Source: Vicugna vicugna (Eukaryota). From it: a DNA stretch of 64,000 nucleotides. The first letter of the stretch is position 1, and every line of letters begins with the position of its first letter. The DNA lies in NCBI GenBank assembly GCA_013265495.1, contig MU058636.1, positions 8,701,425 to 8,765,424 on the forward strand, given 5' to 3'. Made by a program: the position numbers and the translations under genes. Under the pieces are notes generated by a model. That model saw only the letters and a list, made by a program, of their open reading frames with translations, was not told the origin of the DNA and made no database searches. This document shows, in pieces, positions 26,382 to 39,141 of the stretch.

Positions 26382-27974
26382 CTTTTAATTCACTTTATTT
26401 TGAAACGGAAATGTATATTTTATCAAGGTGTGATAATGATTAAAATGTGCCTAATACTGAGTGACAATGAAAATGGCAATGGACAATCAGACAGAAATAT
26501 GATGTTTCTTCATAAAGGCAATGTAAGTGTTCATGATTAGTGGAGCATTTAAAAAGCAAAGGCCATAAAAAAATGAAATCATTGTATGACTATTGAAACA
26601 CATAAACATACAGCAGATCACTTGAAAGTATTCAAATCAATTCCTCCATACAGATACAACCTACTTTTAGAGTCATTAATTCAAAATACTTAAGACATAT
26701 TTAAGGGCTAAAATGATTCTCTATGTCTATGTATTCTCTGTGTACATGGAGTCTCTATGCAATGTAAAATCTTAACCTTCAAATGTAACCTAATTAAGGA
26801 GACAAGACTTACACAGAAAAATGTGAGGATTAGATAAAAATGCTGTAAACGACAGCATAGTTGTTGAAGAATTGTGAACATTGGTATACATGGAGTGAAA
26901 ACTCAAATTTCTAGTCAGAAAGGCTGGGGTGAAGTAGGGGATGTCAGGGGGCATCTCATCATCTTCTGAGGCATCTCTGTTCTCCCAGTTTCCTGGAAAA
27001 AGTCCCATTTTTCTCAGTCAATTAGATTAAAAGCTGTACTTGCTATGCTATGACTATGTGTGTTTCCTCTCTTATTGCCTTATTCATTGAAAATAAACTA
27101 TACTTAAATTAAATAACCTTTTTATTAAATGTTCTGCAGAAGGAATAAAGGCTTCATTTGAGTCACTCTTACCCTGTGTTCATTAAACAATATTAGGTCA
27201 TTATTACAAATGCAGAGAAAACTATATCCCCAGGATAGATGGTCAAGGATTTACTAGCATCAGCAGGAGGGGGTGAGGGCAGGCTGAGGGGAAACAGATA
27301 TGAAATCAGGAATCTACCCAGAGAAAATATTACTTGGAAAACAAACATTCATCTGTAAAGAGAACAAAGATGACTTTTTTTCTTTGATTTTGTATGACAT
27401 TTTCCCAAAATAAAATATTTTATTTCTGTGTGAAATGCATAAAATGGCCATGCTTGGATTAAAGTCCCTTGCATTTTGGCCATAGTGTCCGACTGCAAGC
27501 AGTCTGCCTACTTGCCATCACTCACTGCAAAGGCAAGCCTGCTTGTGACATGGTGACCCAGCATATACTGAGCCTACAGCCAGGTAGGAATTCAGAGAAT
27601 CAGCTTTTTAGCAAAATAATTTAAAACTACAGAGGATACCCCTACAATTTACCTTTGCTGATAAACTCGTATCTACAACAGTATAGTCAAAATTTATCAG
27701 TGATCTTTTGAAAATACTTGATGAGTATAAGAGATATGCATAAATAACCAAGATGAACAAGTTATTTTGAAGAAAATGGAGACGATTCATTGATTAGAGA
27801 AAAATAATAATTAAGAACCACTGAGAGTTGTAAAAGATTGTTACATCCATCAAACAAAAGTAAGCTAATGAAAAGGCTTTTAGAGTTTTTGATTCTCAAT
27901 TTGCTCTTGTGTTTTTCAAAATTTATACTTACTTTGTATTAAATTCCCTCATGCATTTTGAGTGGAGGAAGAGT

Positions 27975-29700
27975 TTATATATTTTTGAATGAGTTGTTTG
28001 TCTTTTTTTTATTGAATTGTGAGAGTTCTCTACATATTCTAGATATAATTCATCGTCAAATACAGATTTTGAAAGCACTCATTCCCAGAGTGTGGATTGC
28101 CTTTTCAATTTCATAGTAGTGTCTAATTTAGTGCCTAATCTATTGATTTTCCTATTTTATAATATTTTATACTATGTTCTATCTAAAATTTCTTTATCAC
28201 ATCCAAAGTCATCCAATTTCCACACTGTTTTCTTCTAGCAATTTTACAGTTACAGCTTTTATCTATTTAAAGTAATTTATATAAATGCTATAAGATGCTA
28301 TATGTGGTGTCTAATTGTGGTTTTAGTTTACATTTCTCACATGTCCCTATTAATAATTATACTAAGTACTTTTCATATGCATTATGTCAAGTTGTAGCAC
28401 TTCCTCCTTTTTCAAAGTTTCTGTTCAAATCTTTTGCCCATTTTTTTCCCATTAAGTAATTTGTCTTTTTATTATTGGGTTTTAGAAGTTCTTCATAAAT
28501 TCTAGATACCAGACCTTGTTCCTATTTGGGGGGTGAATATTTGTCCTTGGTTTGTGGCTTGTGCATTTATTTTCTAACCAGTGCTTTTGATGAACAGATT
28601 TTTCTAAAATTTTGACAAAAATTCATCATATATAAATAATAAATAAATAAATAAATAAATAGTTATTGCTTTTTATGAACTGGCCAAAAAACAAAAACAA
28701 AATAAAACCTCATGTATCCCTAGTCATATAGATAGTTGCTTATATTTTCCATTGAAAGTTCTATGTTACAGCTTTTATCTTTAAATCTATTATCCGTATT
28801 TAGTCAATTTTTCCACATCATATAAGAGTCAAATCTCTTTCCCTTTATTTCTTCCGTATGGATATATAGTTTTTGTTAATTTCTCTACTATTTCTCTATT
28901 ATTAATATCTCTATTACTCCTTTAGTCATTGATTCTTACTCTTATCTCTATCACTCACTTTTTCCTATGTATTCCACATTTTCTTTGCACATCTGCATCT
29001 AAAGCTATCCATGTATCTCAAAGCACAGCTTTGCCTGTATCTTGCAAATGTTAGAACTGTATCTTTCAATATCATTTAATTGAAAATATTTTCTATTTGT
29101 TTTGTGCTTTTCTTACTGCTTTATAAACCTGTTAAGAGTATGTTATCTCATTTTCAAATATTTGATGTTTTCCTAGATATTATACAATTACTGATTTCTA
29201 ATTTTATCTCATAGTGGTCAGAGAGTTTAATTTGTATGTTTCCAATCTCTTACACTGAAAGATATTTAATTATGTAATTCTCTTCCTTAATGTGTTTTTT
29301 GTTAGCCACATACACTTCATGACTTTATGTCTCCATGATGAATAAACTTTTTATCATTATGAACAGTTCCTTGTTTGCTATCATAGTATGCTTTGCTTGG
29401 AGTCTATTTCATACAATATTAATATAGACAACCCTCATGTAGACAAGCCTTATGATCTTCCGTGTATGATATACACGTCCATCAATTTACTTTCAATTTC
29501 TATGTGCATTAAAGTCTATTTACTTAGAAACCATATTAATTAGTCTTTTTTTTTTTAAATTCACTCTGTTAGGCTCTGCCTTTTACTTATTAGGCTACTT
29601 ACTCCATTAACATTTAACAAGACTATCAACAAAGCTGGATTCTGTTCTTCCATTTAATTATTGGTATCGTTCAATTTTTTATTTCAACTATTTATTCAAC
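27975..29700 (-). mobile_element. Old L1M ORF2 fragments
   Basis: ttgtttgtctttttttattgaattgtgagagttctctacatattctagat; tctgttcaaatcttttgcccatt; tctaattttatctcatagtggtcagagag. Confidence 0.75.
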
Positions 29701-31019
29701 TACTTATAAAACAGTTTATTATTTTCTCTTGCCAAATTCCTTAGTTACTTGTAAAATCCTTCTTTAGCTTCCTGAGTTGAATAATGTAGATAATTTGTTC
29801 TCAATTTTAAACTATTCTTGACAGATATTTAACTTAGGATTTAAATAACAGAGTATTCTTGAAAACACTTGCTATTTTAGTTAAGGCACTTGGAACCATC
29901 CTGCAGGGCATCCCAGTCACTTTATAGCACTTGATTAGTATCTAGCACAGTGATCTCATAAAGACATTAAAGGAATTTATCAGAATTATGTAAAAAACCA
30001 AGTTATTTAGAATAATAAAATTACAAATTCATTATATTATCCTCTAGGTAAGAAGAGAAGCAGCAATAATTAATTGTTGGCATAATATTTTAAGCATCAT
30101 TTTTCATGCTACTGCAGAATATGTTCAGTAAAGCCTCTGGCTTGCCCTAGTTACTAATTGTCTGCTGTATGCTTTATTTTTTCCTCTCTCCTCTTTTTTT
30201 TCCTTCTCAGCTCTTACATCATTTAAATACTCTGTGATTGGTGTCATCATCAGCTCTCTTTCTTCCAACATGTTGATTTAATTTAGCATGTGCAGTTCAC
30301 AGCTGCAAGGTTATTGATAAAATTTTGAAAAATAAGGTTTATTTTAGTACCATACAACTGGTAGACACTTTAGAGTTTTATGTGTTTCCTTTGAAAATGA
30401 ACAGCCGAAAACCTATTTTTCAACAGCATTCACATTTCTTCTACCAACAATATGTTTAACATTCTAAAATTTATCTAAATGGCATCTTCCCTGAAAACTT
30501 TACTTTCGGAGTTAAAAAATGGTATAGAAATCTCTGCTGGATCATACACATTAATTAGTAACAAAAGAGACTTTTGTCGGCTATACAATAGAATAATTTA
30601 TCTTTTAATGTGTTCATTGTTCATTAATATCCCTTAAGGTACTATTATCAATACCTTACTAATTTAAAGGTTGAAAATTACATTAGATCATTTCATCATT
30701 TTAGTCATTCCAAGACGTAGGCAAGGATAGATATTATTTATGCTTTATGAATCAAGGAAGAAAATTGGCAAACAATAAAATGAGCAAGTTGTTGAATGAA
30801 AAGAAAGACTAATTCTTCTGATTTCTTGGACCTTAGAAATTTTGTCATTTTTGAAATGATTATTCTGCATTGATTTCTCTCTAGTACATTTCTGTGATGT
30901 TCAGAGCTTGGAGGCAGTTAAAGAAAGGATTAGAAGAAAGGAACAAGTAAATTGGGAATTAAGAAATCCTTGAATTTCATACTCACCAACACTTTAATCT
31001 TTTTTTTCCTTTGTTTCAG

Positions 31020-31043
31020 GAAATGAGAAAGTGTGTCAGCCAA
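31020..31043 (+). CDS. Candidate 24-nt microexon (phase 0 reading EMRKCVSQ)
   Basis: tttttttcctttgtttcAG|GAAATGAGAAAGTGTGTCAGCCAA|GTAAGT; length divisible by 3. Confidence 0.55.
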
Positions 31044-31659
31044 GTAAGTTGTGAATAACATTTTATTTTGCCTTCAACTATTAACAGAAAACTGCCCTTA
31101 GACGTCACTTCAATTAGGCTGTGACCAATAATAAAAGATCTACACAAAAGTGTAGAATACCAGAATCAAGATCTAATGTATATTTCTTAAGTGTATTTAT
31201 GCTACATTTTCTCAAGGTAATTAAACATAAATAATGAAGGAACATAGAAAGAAAATAGAAATGATACAAAGAATAAAAGAAATAATAATGAAAACTAACA
31301 GTATTCTATTCTCTATTCCTGGCATATTACCTAGATGGTGATAATGAATTCAATAATGATAATAAATAGTAATTAAATCTTCATTTAATCCTGATAAAAC
31401 CAATGCGTATTTACATGTCCATTTTATGATGATGAAACTAACCTTCACGGAGACTAATGCATTCAAAGTCATGTTATTGAAGGTGATAGAATCAGAATTC
31501 AAAACAGTCTTTCTGCTTCCATCACCCATGGTATTTCCACTGTACTGTGCGGGAAGAGGAAGAAGAGGTATGGGGTGGAAAGAAAGACACATACAGGGTA
31601 AAACAAAAAACCCAAGGTGCAGTGCTAGCCAGTCTCACAACTAATACTTTATTATTCAC

Positions 31660-31810
31660 AACTTAGTTTGGTATTATTACTCCCATTTACTTTTAACAAA
31701 CTATAAAACTGAAATTCAAAAAATGGTATCTGTGCCCCAGGTCAAATAGTTGGTAAAGGGTGGAGCTAAGATTTAAAAATGGGCATTTCTGCTCCTATGG
31801 CTTAATGTCT
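31660..31810 (-). mobile_element. MIR SINE
   Basis: gtattattactcccatttac...aaaactgaaattc...gccccaggtcaaatagttggtaaagggtggagctaagattt. Confidence 0.65.
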
Positions 31811-32164
31811 TTTTCTCTGAAGGTCAGGATGCACATACCAACAATTAAAACTGTCTACAATGCCTTAGGTGGCTCAAAATAAATATATTCTAAACCATCT
31901 CATCATCTTTAACCTCTGCCCATCCTCTATGTGCTCTCTAGCTTGGTGAATCACACCATTATTTACCCAGTAATAAGAAATATGAGCCCCAGCTGGATTC
32001 TGTGCTGCTACATTTTAGTACCATATTTGCAGAATGTCAAACTGCGTAAGATGATATACTGTAGGAATCCAGGGCTCTCTTATATCCTGTAAAAACTTGT
32101 CTTACTTTTCTATAAACAGAGAAATATGATCAAATAGTATAATCACCATACTTTTAAGCAATAA

Positions 32165-32400
32165 CAATAATAATAGCAAGAACTCTTAAAAACTGTTCAT
32201 TGTGGGGCAGATACTGTCCTCTGCACTGTATGAGTTTTAGTTCATTTAATTCTCACATTATTACTATTTTGCAGCTACAGAAAGTGAGGTGGATGGAGCC
32301 TAAGTAGTTCGCTCATAGACACACGTCCTAGGAATGAATCGCCCAGATCAAAACCCAGGCATCAGTGTCCAGAGCCCACGGTCCTGACCTCCATGCCACA
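32165..32400 (-). mobile_element. MIR SINE
   Basis: ttcatttaattctcac...ttttgcagctacagaaagtgagg...aaacccaggcatcagtgtccagagccc. Confidence 0.65.
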
Positions 32401-32809
32401 CCGATTCAGGGATTTGAAATAGATGAGGCTGAGGTACAATGGCTCATTCTAGTCCCAGGAGCATAATATGAAGCATAATATGCCATTTGAACTCAGAATA
32501 CTGAGCAGGGGACCAGAGAAAGACTCAATATGACTTCAGAGTAAACCTGTGTGACTTTTGGCTTCTGAATATTAGTGTCATCATATATAATATGACAGAT
32601 TTGATCTGATAAATTTTAACGTACCTCTGTGCGCTGAAATTCTGTAGTAAATAAATATATTAAATATATTCTCTTAAAATCAATCAATATATTGAAATAT
32701 TGGAGTTATAATTGCAATGACTTTTAAGGCAAAGGATGCTTAAATTCAGCATATGGCATATTTTGGAAAAGTTATCTCAAGTCCCAAAGTCACCTGTAGA
32801 GCTGTATAT

Positions 32810-32925
32810 CCATCTAGAATGTTAACTTGGTGAGAGAGAGAAGTGTGTCTGTTTTATTCATCACCACCTGTCTAGTGTCTAGAACAGTACCTGGAGAAGA
32901 GTGGCTGTGAAATCAGTATGTCTTG
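32810..32925 (+). mobile_element. L2 3' end fragment
   Basis: ctagaatgttaact...tgtgtctgttttattcatcacc...tctagtgtctagaacagtacctgg. Confidence 0.65.
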
Positions 32926-33133
32926 CTTTTCAGAGAAGCTAACTGGTGAATTAACTGACCACTGGCAGGCAATAATTCATGTCATGTCCTTGTTCATCAG
33001 AAACAGACAGAAAAAGTGAAATACTAAACACCAAGAAAATCTTTACATATTACAGTCATCTTGGAAAGCACACCTTTAGTCCACATGCTAGAGAGACATT
33101 CTGGAAAAGACTGGAGACTGTCTCTCAGGTGAC

Positions 33134-33258
33134 TGTCTTAATCCATTCCTGCTGCTGTAACAAATTACCACAGAGCAGGTAGTTTATAAACCGCAGAAGT
33201 GGATCTCTCCCAGTTCTGGAGCCTGGGAAGTCCAAGGTCAGGGTGTCAGCATGGTCTT
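33134..33258 (-). mobile_element. MaLR LTR fragment (MLT1A/B-like)
   Basis: tgtcttaatccattcctgctgctgtaacaaattaccacaga...cagttctggagcctgggaagtccaaggtcagggtgtcagcatggtc. Confidence 0.8.
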
Positions 33259-33593
33259 ATAGGAATAGCTTTGCCAGTTATTTTCTGGTGTCTACATTCT
33301 CTTTGAGAAAGATGGTTCTAAAAGCAGATGGAAACAGTTATCGTGAGTGTGAAAGCACTCGATCATTTCCTACCCACTGTTTCCTCTTTTCTCACCCTTT
33401 TGGTGACAGCTGGCACTGAGACAAGCTCATCGCATAATATAACACATTTTTACTGAAGTCATGTAAAACTTGGGGGCTAAATAATATGAACCTTTAATAA
33501 CAGTCCCTCTTCACATTCGTATAGCTGACTAAACGGATCTCAGAGACATCATCTCCAAGGTAAGAAAGGGAGGTGCTATCTTCCCCAGTCTTT

Positions 33594-33650
33594 TTTTTTA
33601 AACTGAAGTATAGTCAATTACAATGTGTCAGTTTCTGGTGCACAGCATAT
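33594..33650 (-). mobile_element. Extremely 5'-truncated L1 insertion (~57 bp)
   Basis: T tail plus tgaagtatagtcaattacaatgtgtcagtttctggtgcacagcat; exact 13-bp TSD ttccccagtcttt at 33581-33593 and 33651-33663. Confidence 0.85.
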
Positions 33651-35174
33651 TTCCCCAGTCTTTAAAAAAAGGGGAAAAAAATCACTTGTTGGGGGATTAC
33701 TAAGTACTGGGTATAATTGCCATAGAAGGAAATAGCAAATTAAGCATCAGGGTAGTTAACAGTCCCAGGAGCAAAAGTTGCTCAGTTCATGTTTCTCTTA
33801 ACGCATGGAGCAGGAAGGAGGCAGAACTCCACAAGGGAAGACCGAGTTTTTGCATTTCTGACTGCCCCTGGGCATGAGGGAGGTACGGAGCTGTACCCAC
33901 TCTTTGTTGAAATTAATGAGATCACATCCCAGGCATCTCAGAACCTGGAGCATATTAGCCTGGTATCTGGGCAGAGGCTCAAGAGACCCTGAGAACATGG
34001 GAGAAAAGGAAATTTTGCTTTTTCTCTACATATATTGAATGGTGTTTAAAACACTCAGGTTAAAAGTGACAGATCATGTCTGCAAAGAGACAAGAGCTCC
34101 ACTGAAAGTTTCAAAACAATATATTTTGTATTAATAATTTTATGGGATACAACTACATTTTTATACTAGTAATGATAATTATGGGCTATCAAGTCCATAT
34201 GCTAATACTGTTTTCCATGCTTATTTATGTTCAACCACGAGAGAAAGGAGCAATTAGCTTTATATATTCCTAAATTTCATGCATATTTTTAGAAAGGTGC
34301 TTTATTGTTTTGTAATGCTATTCCACAGTCCACTCTAGTCCAAGAAAGGTTTTGCATTTTTCCCCCACATACCTGTTCATGGTACAGTTGTATATTGTAT
34401 TTTCGAAATAGGCATATAATGAGACATCAATTCCATACCTGTTATGGCCTTTTACCTGATAGATATGGCGGCATTTATATCTTATTTCACTGGGATTTAA
34501 AGTTAACCATTCCTAATTGGACAGAAGAATCCAATAACTTTTTAAAAATAAGGTATTTTGTACCATATCAATGCATTTAAATGATACTTTCACAAGCTCA
34601 CTATCTGACACTTTCCTTTCTCAACACATTTGAAAAACAAAGTGATGGCAATGTCTTCCACAATAAGCTTTATTTTCAATGTACAGATCCATAGAAGTGT
34701 CAAAGGATTTTCTTCTAGTCTTTTTCCCTTAAATCTAACACCTAAGAATATCTATATTATGCCTTCTTATAATAGAGAATTAGAATATAATGCAATTATT
34801 CCCAAATGATCAATAGGTCACTATACTTCCCATGTGTAAGATGCTTTGAAATGTGATTTTCACATATTTAAGCGATAAAAAACAAGCTGTCTTTGTAATT
34901 TAGACTATCTGTAGTATAAAGGCTTGGCCTTTTACGACAATGATTTAGACTTTTTTTTTCTTCTAGATACCTGTGACTACACTATTTTACCTAAATTGTT
35001 CTGGTGAGAAAAAATCAAAAAGAAATAAAGCTGCTGTAAGGAATTTGGGAAGAAAAAATACTCCCATACCATTTGGTTTAAACTAAGACCCTGAGTGACT
35101 GAGCCATTGGGCACTAGAGAGTTTATAAAAAGAGCAGAGAGAGGTATTTCCTAAATGTTCACATTTTCCAAATT

Positions 35175-35380
35175 GGAGCTATGCTAGGAATATTTAACCT
35201 ATTATTTCATTTGATCCTCAAACCAGCCCCGAAAGGTAAATAGAGTGGACCATTTTACAGCAGAAAGCTGAGGCTCAGGGCTATTACATACTTTGTCCAA
35301 GATCAAGTGGTTATTAAAACATAGCTAGGATTCAAACCCAAGTTCTATCAAACCCAGGACATTTTCGGCCATGCTATACA
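35175..35380 (-). mobile_element. MIR SINE
   Basis: tttcatttgatcctcaaaccagccc...ccattttacagcagaaagctgaggctcagg...ggattcaaaccca. Confidence 0.8.
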
Positions 35381-36342
35381 GGCACCTGCTCACATGAATT
35401 GCTAGCACATGCTCAGGTATTAGGACTATTAAGTTAGAGTTGCTTAAAGTATTATGCGATCCAAAAATGAAGGAGAGGACAGATCCTTCTTTTATTAGAG
35501 TATAAATGCAAATGCCTTTTCCAAATCACAGATCACCAACAGGAAGCCTGCAGAAATTATTAATTGTGCCAGCTATCAGTCTTTTCATGCATAAAATTCA
35601 AAATTTGTTACTCTGCCTACAGATGAAATGTCATTTTATAAAAAGCTAATAATATGTACCCACAAGTTTGCCTGTCAACACCAACGAGCCAATAGCAACC
35701 TGCCAAAGCTAAACTTGAGTATCGTATTAAAATCATTGGCATGCAGGCATAAAATTATACAGTTTATTCTAACTGTGTTGAGTATCAGCACTATTTAGTT
35801 TTAGAGTGTAGCAGAGGCTTTTGGAATTACAAAATTATGGATAATTTGAACGCCATTAGAGCTCATCTTGACATACTGAGTCCCAGAGGTAAGGACTCTG
35901 AGGGCCAGAAAAAATGACCCGCTCCTGCCTGAGGGGAGGTCGGTCTGGCCTGCGGCCTCTTTCCTTGCACTTCCATCCCAGGGATTACCCAGTACTGCAT
36001 CTTTAATCTCCTCTCTGTGCCTAAAGTTGTACAAGGATTATTCACTTATTTATTTAAATCTATTATAGTTCATTCCAGAAAATAGCCAGGACAGCTTGCA
36101 AACAGAATTTTAAAAGACGGAATAAACTAAAATAGGAGTAAAAAAAAGAAAAACAAAGATTGAGTTACAAATGGACCTAGAAATTAGACAACAAAAAGCC
36201 TGCCATGAAGACCTATAGATGTGGTTTTAAATTAGCTTTTATTGTGGCTGGAAGCTTTGTAGGACAAATGCAGGAATTCAGATTTGACCCGGTCCATAGT
36301 TTACTGGACCCAGAAAGTCAGAAGTAGACTTACTCCTGGAGG

Positions 36343-36558
36343 TAGTGGTGCTCAGGTGCTGACTCACACTAGCTCAGACCACATCATGGGACTCAGTCAT
36401 ACACATCTCTTTCCAACTCTGACTCCAGTGACATCACACTGGTGTCCTGAGATCAGCCACTGTGGAAGAGTTCACACCCTGGGAATCAGTCAATGCTACA
36501 AAGGACGGCTTGTGTACCCCGGGGAGCTAGTTGTCAAACTTTCACTGGCACACCACTG
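36343..36558 (+). mobile_element. MER63A-like hAT DNA transposon
   Basis: tagtggtgct...cagtgacatcacactgg...ggcacaccactg with terminal inverted repeat. Confidence 0.7.
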
Positions 36559-36974
36559 CTTAAAGTTCTTTTCAAGATACATATAGACATTAGGCCTGTC
36601 TTATAGATTCCCTCAGTGTAGGCAGGATATATCAAAGATACAATTCAGTAAAAAAAGAAAAAAAATTCACGAGGCATCAATACATTGTAGTCTTGATTCC
36701 CTCATCTTGATTGTCAAGAATTGATCAAAGTTTAGATTTTAGATTCTGTGGAAAAAGTAATGGACCACATATGCTTCATGTCATTTAAAAATACATATAT
36801 ATATTTCTCTGAGCTGAATATTGATCAATATTTGGCATAAGCATCTGACTACTTAGAATCCAATCAAAAATAAAAAAACTGAGAGAACTGAGGCCCCTTA
36901 AAAGGAGAGGCATCTTTCACTTGCTTGTGGATTGTGTATGAAATACAACTTATAAAGGTAGGAGCCGCCACATT

Positions 36975-37075
36975 TTCAAAGGACCTGTCACAAAAGTTAA
37001 AAGACAGTCCACAGAATGGGAAAAAATATTTGTAAATCAGATATCTGATAAAGGACTTGTACCTAGAATATTCAT
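36975..37075 (+). mobile_element. L1 ORF2 fragment
   Basis: aaagttaaaagacagtccacagaatgggaaaaaatatttgtaaatcagatatctgataaaggacttgtacctagaata. Confidence 0.75.
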
Positions 37076-37579
37076 TCAAGGAAATTGTCCTCAGTATCAT
37101 GGCTATGTGTCTCAGTTCACATCATTATGTTCAATCCTCTGTCTCTAAATATGATCAACATCATAACCTAAAACCACAGCATCCATCTGAGGTAGAGAAA
37201 ATTTGATTTTTCATTCTGGCTTCACCACTATTTGTGCTGCCTTTACGTCTATCTTTGTAAATCCCTCTCTCTCCATCAGTCCACTCAAACGGAAACCAAG
37301 TAGATTAAACGTCATGATTTCTAAGATCCCTTCTAGAAGTGTAGACCATAGAGAATGGGGTATATGACCAGATTTAACCAATGAATATTTTATACCTTTT
37401 AGTAATATACCTGATGTATAAAAAGTGATATAAAATCAATACAGTTATCTCATTCAGATAACTAACAGGCAGTATTATTTTCTTGTTCCTGAGCTAAGTG
37501 TTAAGGATGTCATTAAGGTAAAAATTCACTGAGCAATGACTCATTTATTTTTCCCTGTTTTTTTTTTTTTCCTCCATAG

Positions 37580-37606
37580 ATCTCATCTCTGCCATCTGCT
37601 AGCTGT
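37580..37606 (+). CDS. Candidate 27-nt microexon (phase 0 reading ISSLPSASC)
   Basis: gactcat branch-like motif, long T-rich tract, ccatAG|ATCTCATCTCTGCCATCTGCTAGCTGT|GTAAGT; length divisible by 3. Confidence 0.55.
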
Positions 37607-39107
37607 GTAAGTACCTGTAAGAGGGGAATATAACAGAACTTATTAAATCAATCTCAATAAATTATCATAATGACTAGTTGAGATAATCCAGTTACCCAGA
37701 AAAGAGTAAATCTTCAACGATTAATTGTTTTTAATCACAAGAGAAAAATCTTCAGCAACTAGCATGCCCAGTACAAAAAAAAAAAAATCCATTCTATAGA
37801 GGAAGTTTCACACTCAATTTTATTCACTGCAGACCAAGCTGAATTCTAGAGTTACCTGATAAAATCTGACCCTAATATTAATACCTATGCAATTTCAAAG
37901 ACCTAAGCCAAAGTCTCTCTAACTGACTTCCAGTCCAGTCATTTATCTGGCTATCACCTTTGTTGTGATAGAATACTTGTATATGAGTTCCCAGGGTTGC
38001 TCAGATATTTTATTTATTCATTGATTATTCTTCAGTTCCATATGAGTCAAAGCTGTGCCTTATATACTTCCTAGCAACTTGTTCAATGATTGGTTATAGC
38101 TTCAGATAAGATTTACATCAATAACTGAAAACATTTAAAATACATTTTGCAGTTATATGGAACTTGAACTGTTAAGTTTGTTTATAAGATTATAATTCTG
38201 ATTATATGTAGATCCTCTGAAAACCCCCATCGTCAATTCAGTGCCACTGCAACTTTCACATAAATTGTGTATTCATAAATTCGTTTTATTGGACTTTGTG
38301 TTAGATTTAACTGCTTAAATGTTTGTCTTCCTCAATGAAGGATAAGTTCCTGAAAGTCAGGTTTCATGTTTCAGTTAAGTTTCTTCAAAACATAGCATAT
38401 ATTTAATTATTAAATATGTTTACAGTTTACATCTATTTAATGTGCATCTTCTGTGTCCTACACACGTTGGCATGTTTTTTTATACATAATAGATCAAAAG
38501 ATAAGTGTGACTATCTCTTTGCGGTTTCTAATTTCTAGCGACTTTAACTGTTGAAAGCTTATTTAATTTATTAGAAAAAAATCATTAAAATTTCACCAAA
38601 ATTAAACATAATACAATTAATTAATGGAACAAAATATTCAAGGATATTTTATAGGTGACAAAAAGCATCTTTATTTTCGAAAATAAAAAGAAGTTGGGAC
38701 ATGATCTTCTTGAAACTTATTTGGTTTTTAAAGTAAAAGGTGACATCAATGGATATCAATGGATTTAGGAGAAATGGGTCTCATCTTTGATTTCTGTCAC
38801 AAAGCAGATATTTGATGTTGAACTGATGAGACTCTCAACTTCATTATGTGTAAATGAGAGAAACAGATAAATTGCAACATCCATCCTGACTGTAAAATTT
38901 TGATTGTTCAGTACAAATACTTCTCTAAAAATACTTTTTAAGTTTTTTTTTTTTTACAATTAATCTCTCCCTCCCCTTGCTCTACCAGGTACATTGGCTA
39001 AGAAAATCTTTTGATCAGTTTAGACTTTTCATTAGGAAAAGAAAACCTGGATGGAAATTGCTCATCAAAATATGAGCAGGAGCTGCAATATTCAATGACA
39101 GGTGGCA

Positions 39108-39141
39108 TTTGCCTTCCAGAGAAATGAAAAGCAGCTCATTC
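39108..39141. repeat. Left arm of long-range inverted repeat
   Basis: tttgccttccagagaaatgaaaagcagctcattc; reverse complement of 40741-40774 at 33/34 positions. Confidence 0.95.

Noticed and set aside
34967..35003. Possible 37-nt exon (ttcttctAG...CTG|GTGAGA)
   Set aside because: Short pyrimidine tract with an AG just upstream and no consistent frame link; treated as a pseudo-exon.
37592..37604. CTCF-like motif ccatctgctag
   Set aside because: Mismatch at a key core position; better explained as the 27-nt exon candidate.
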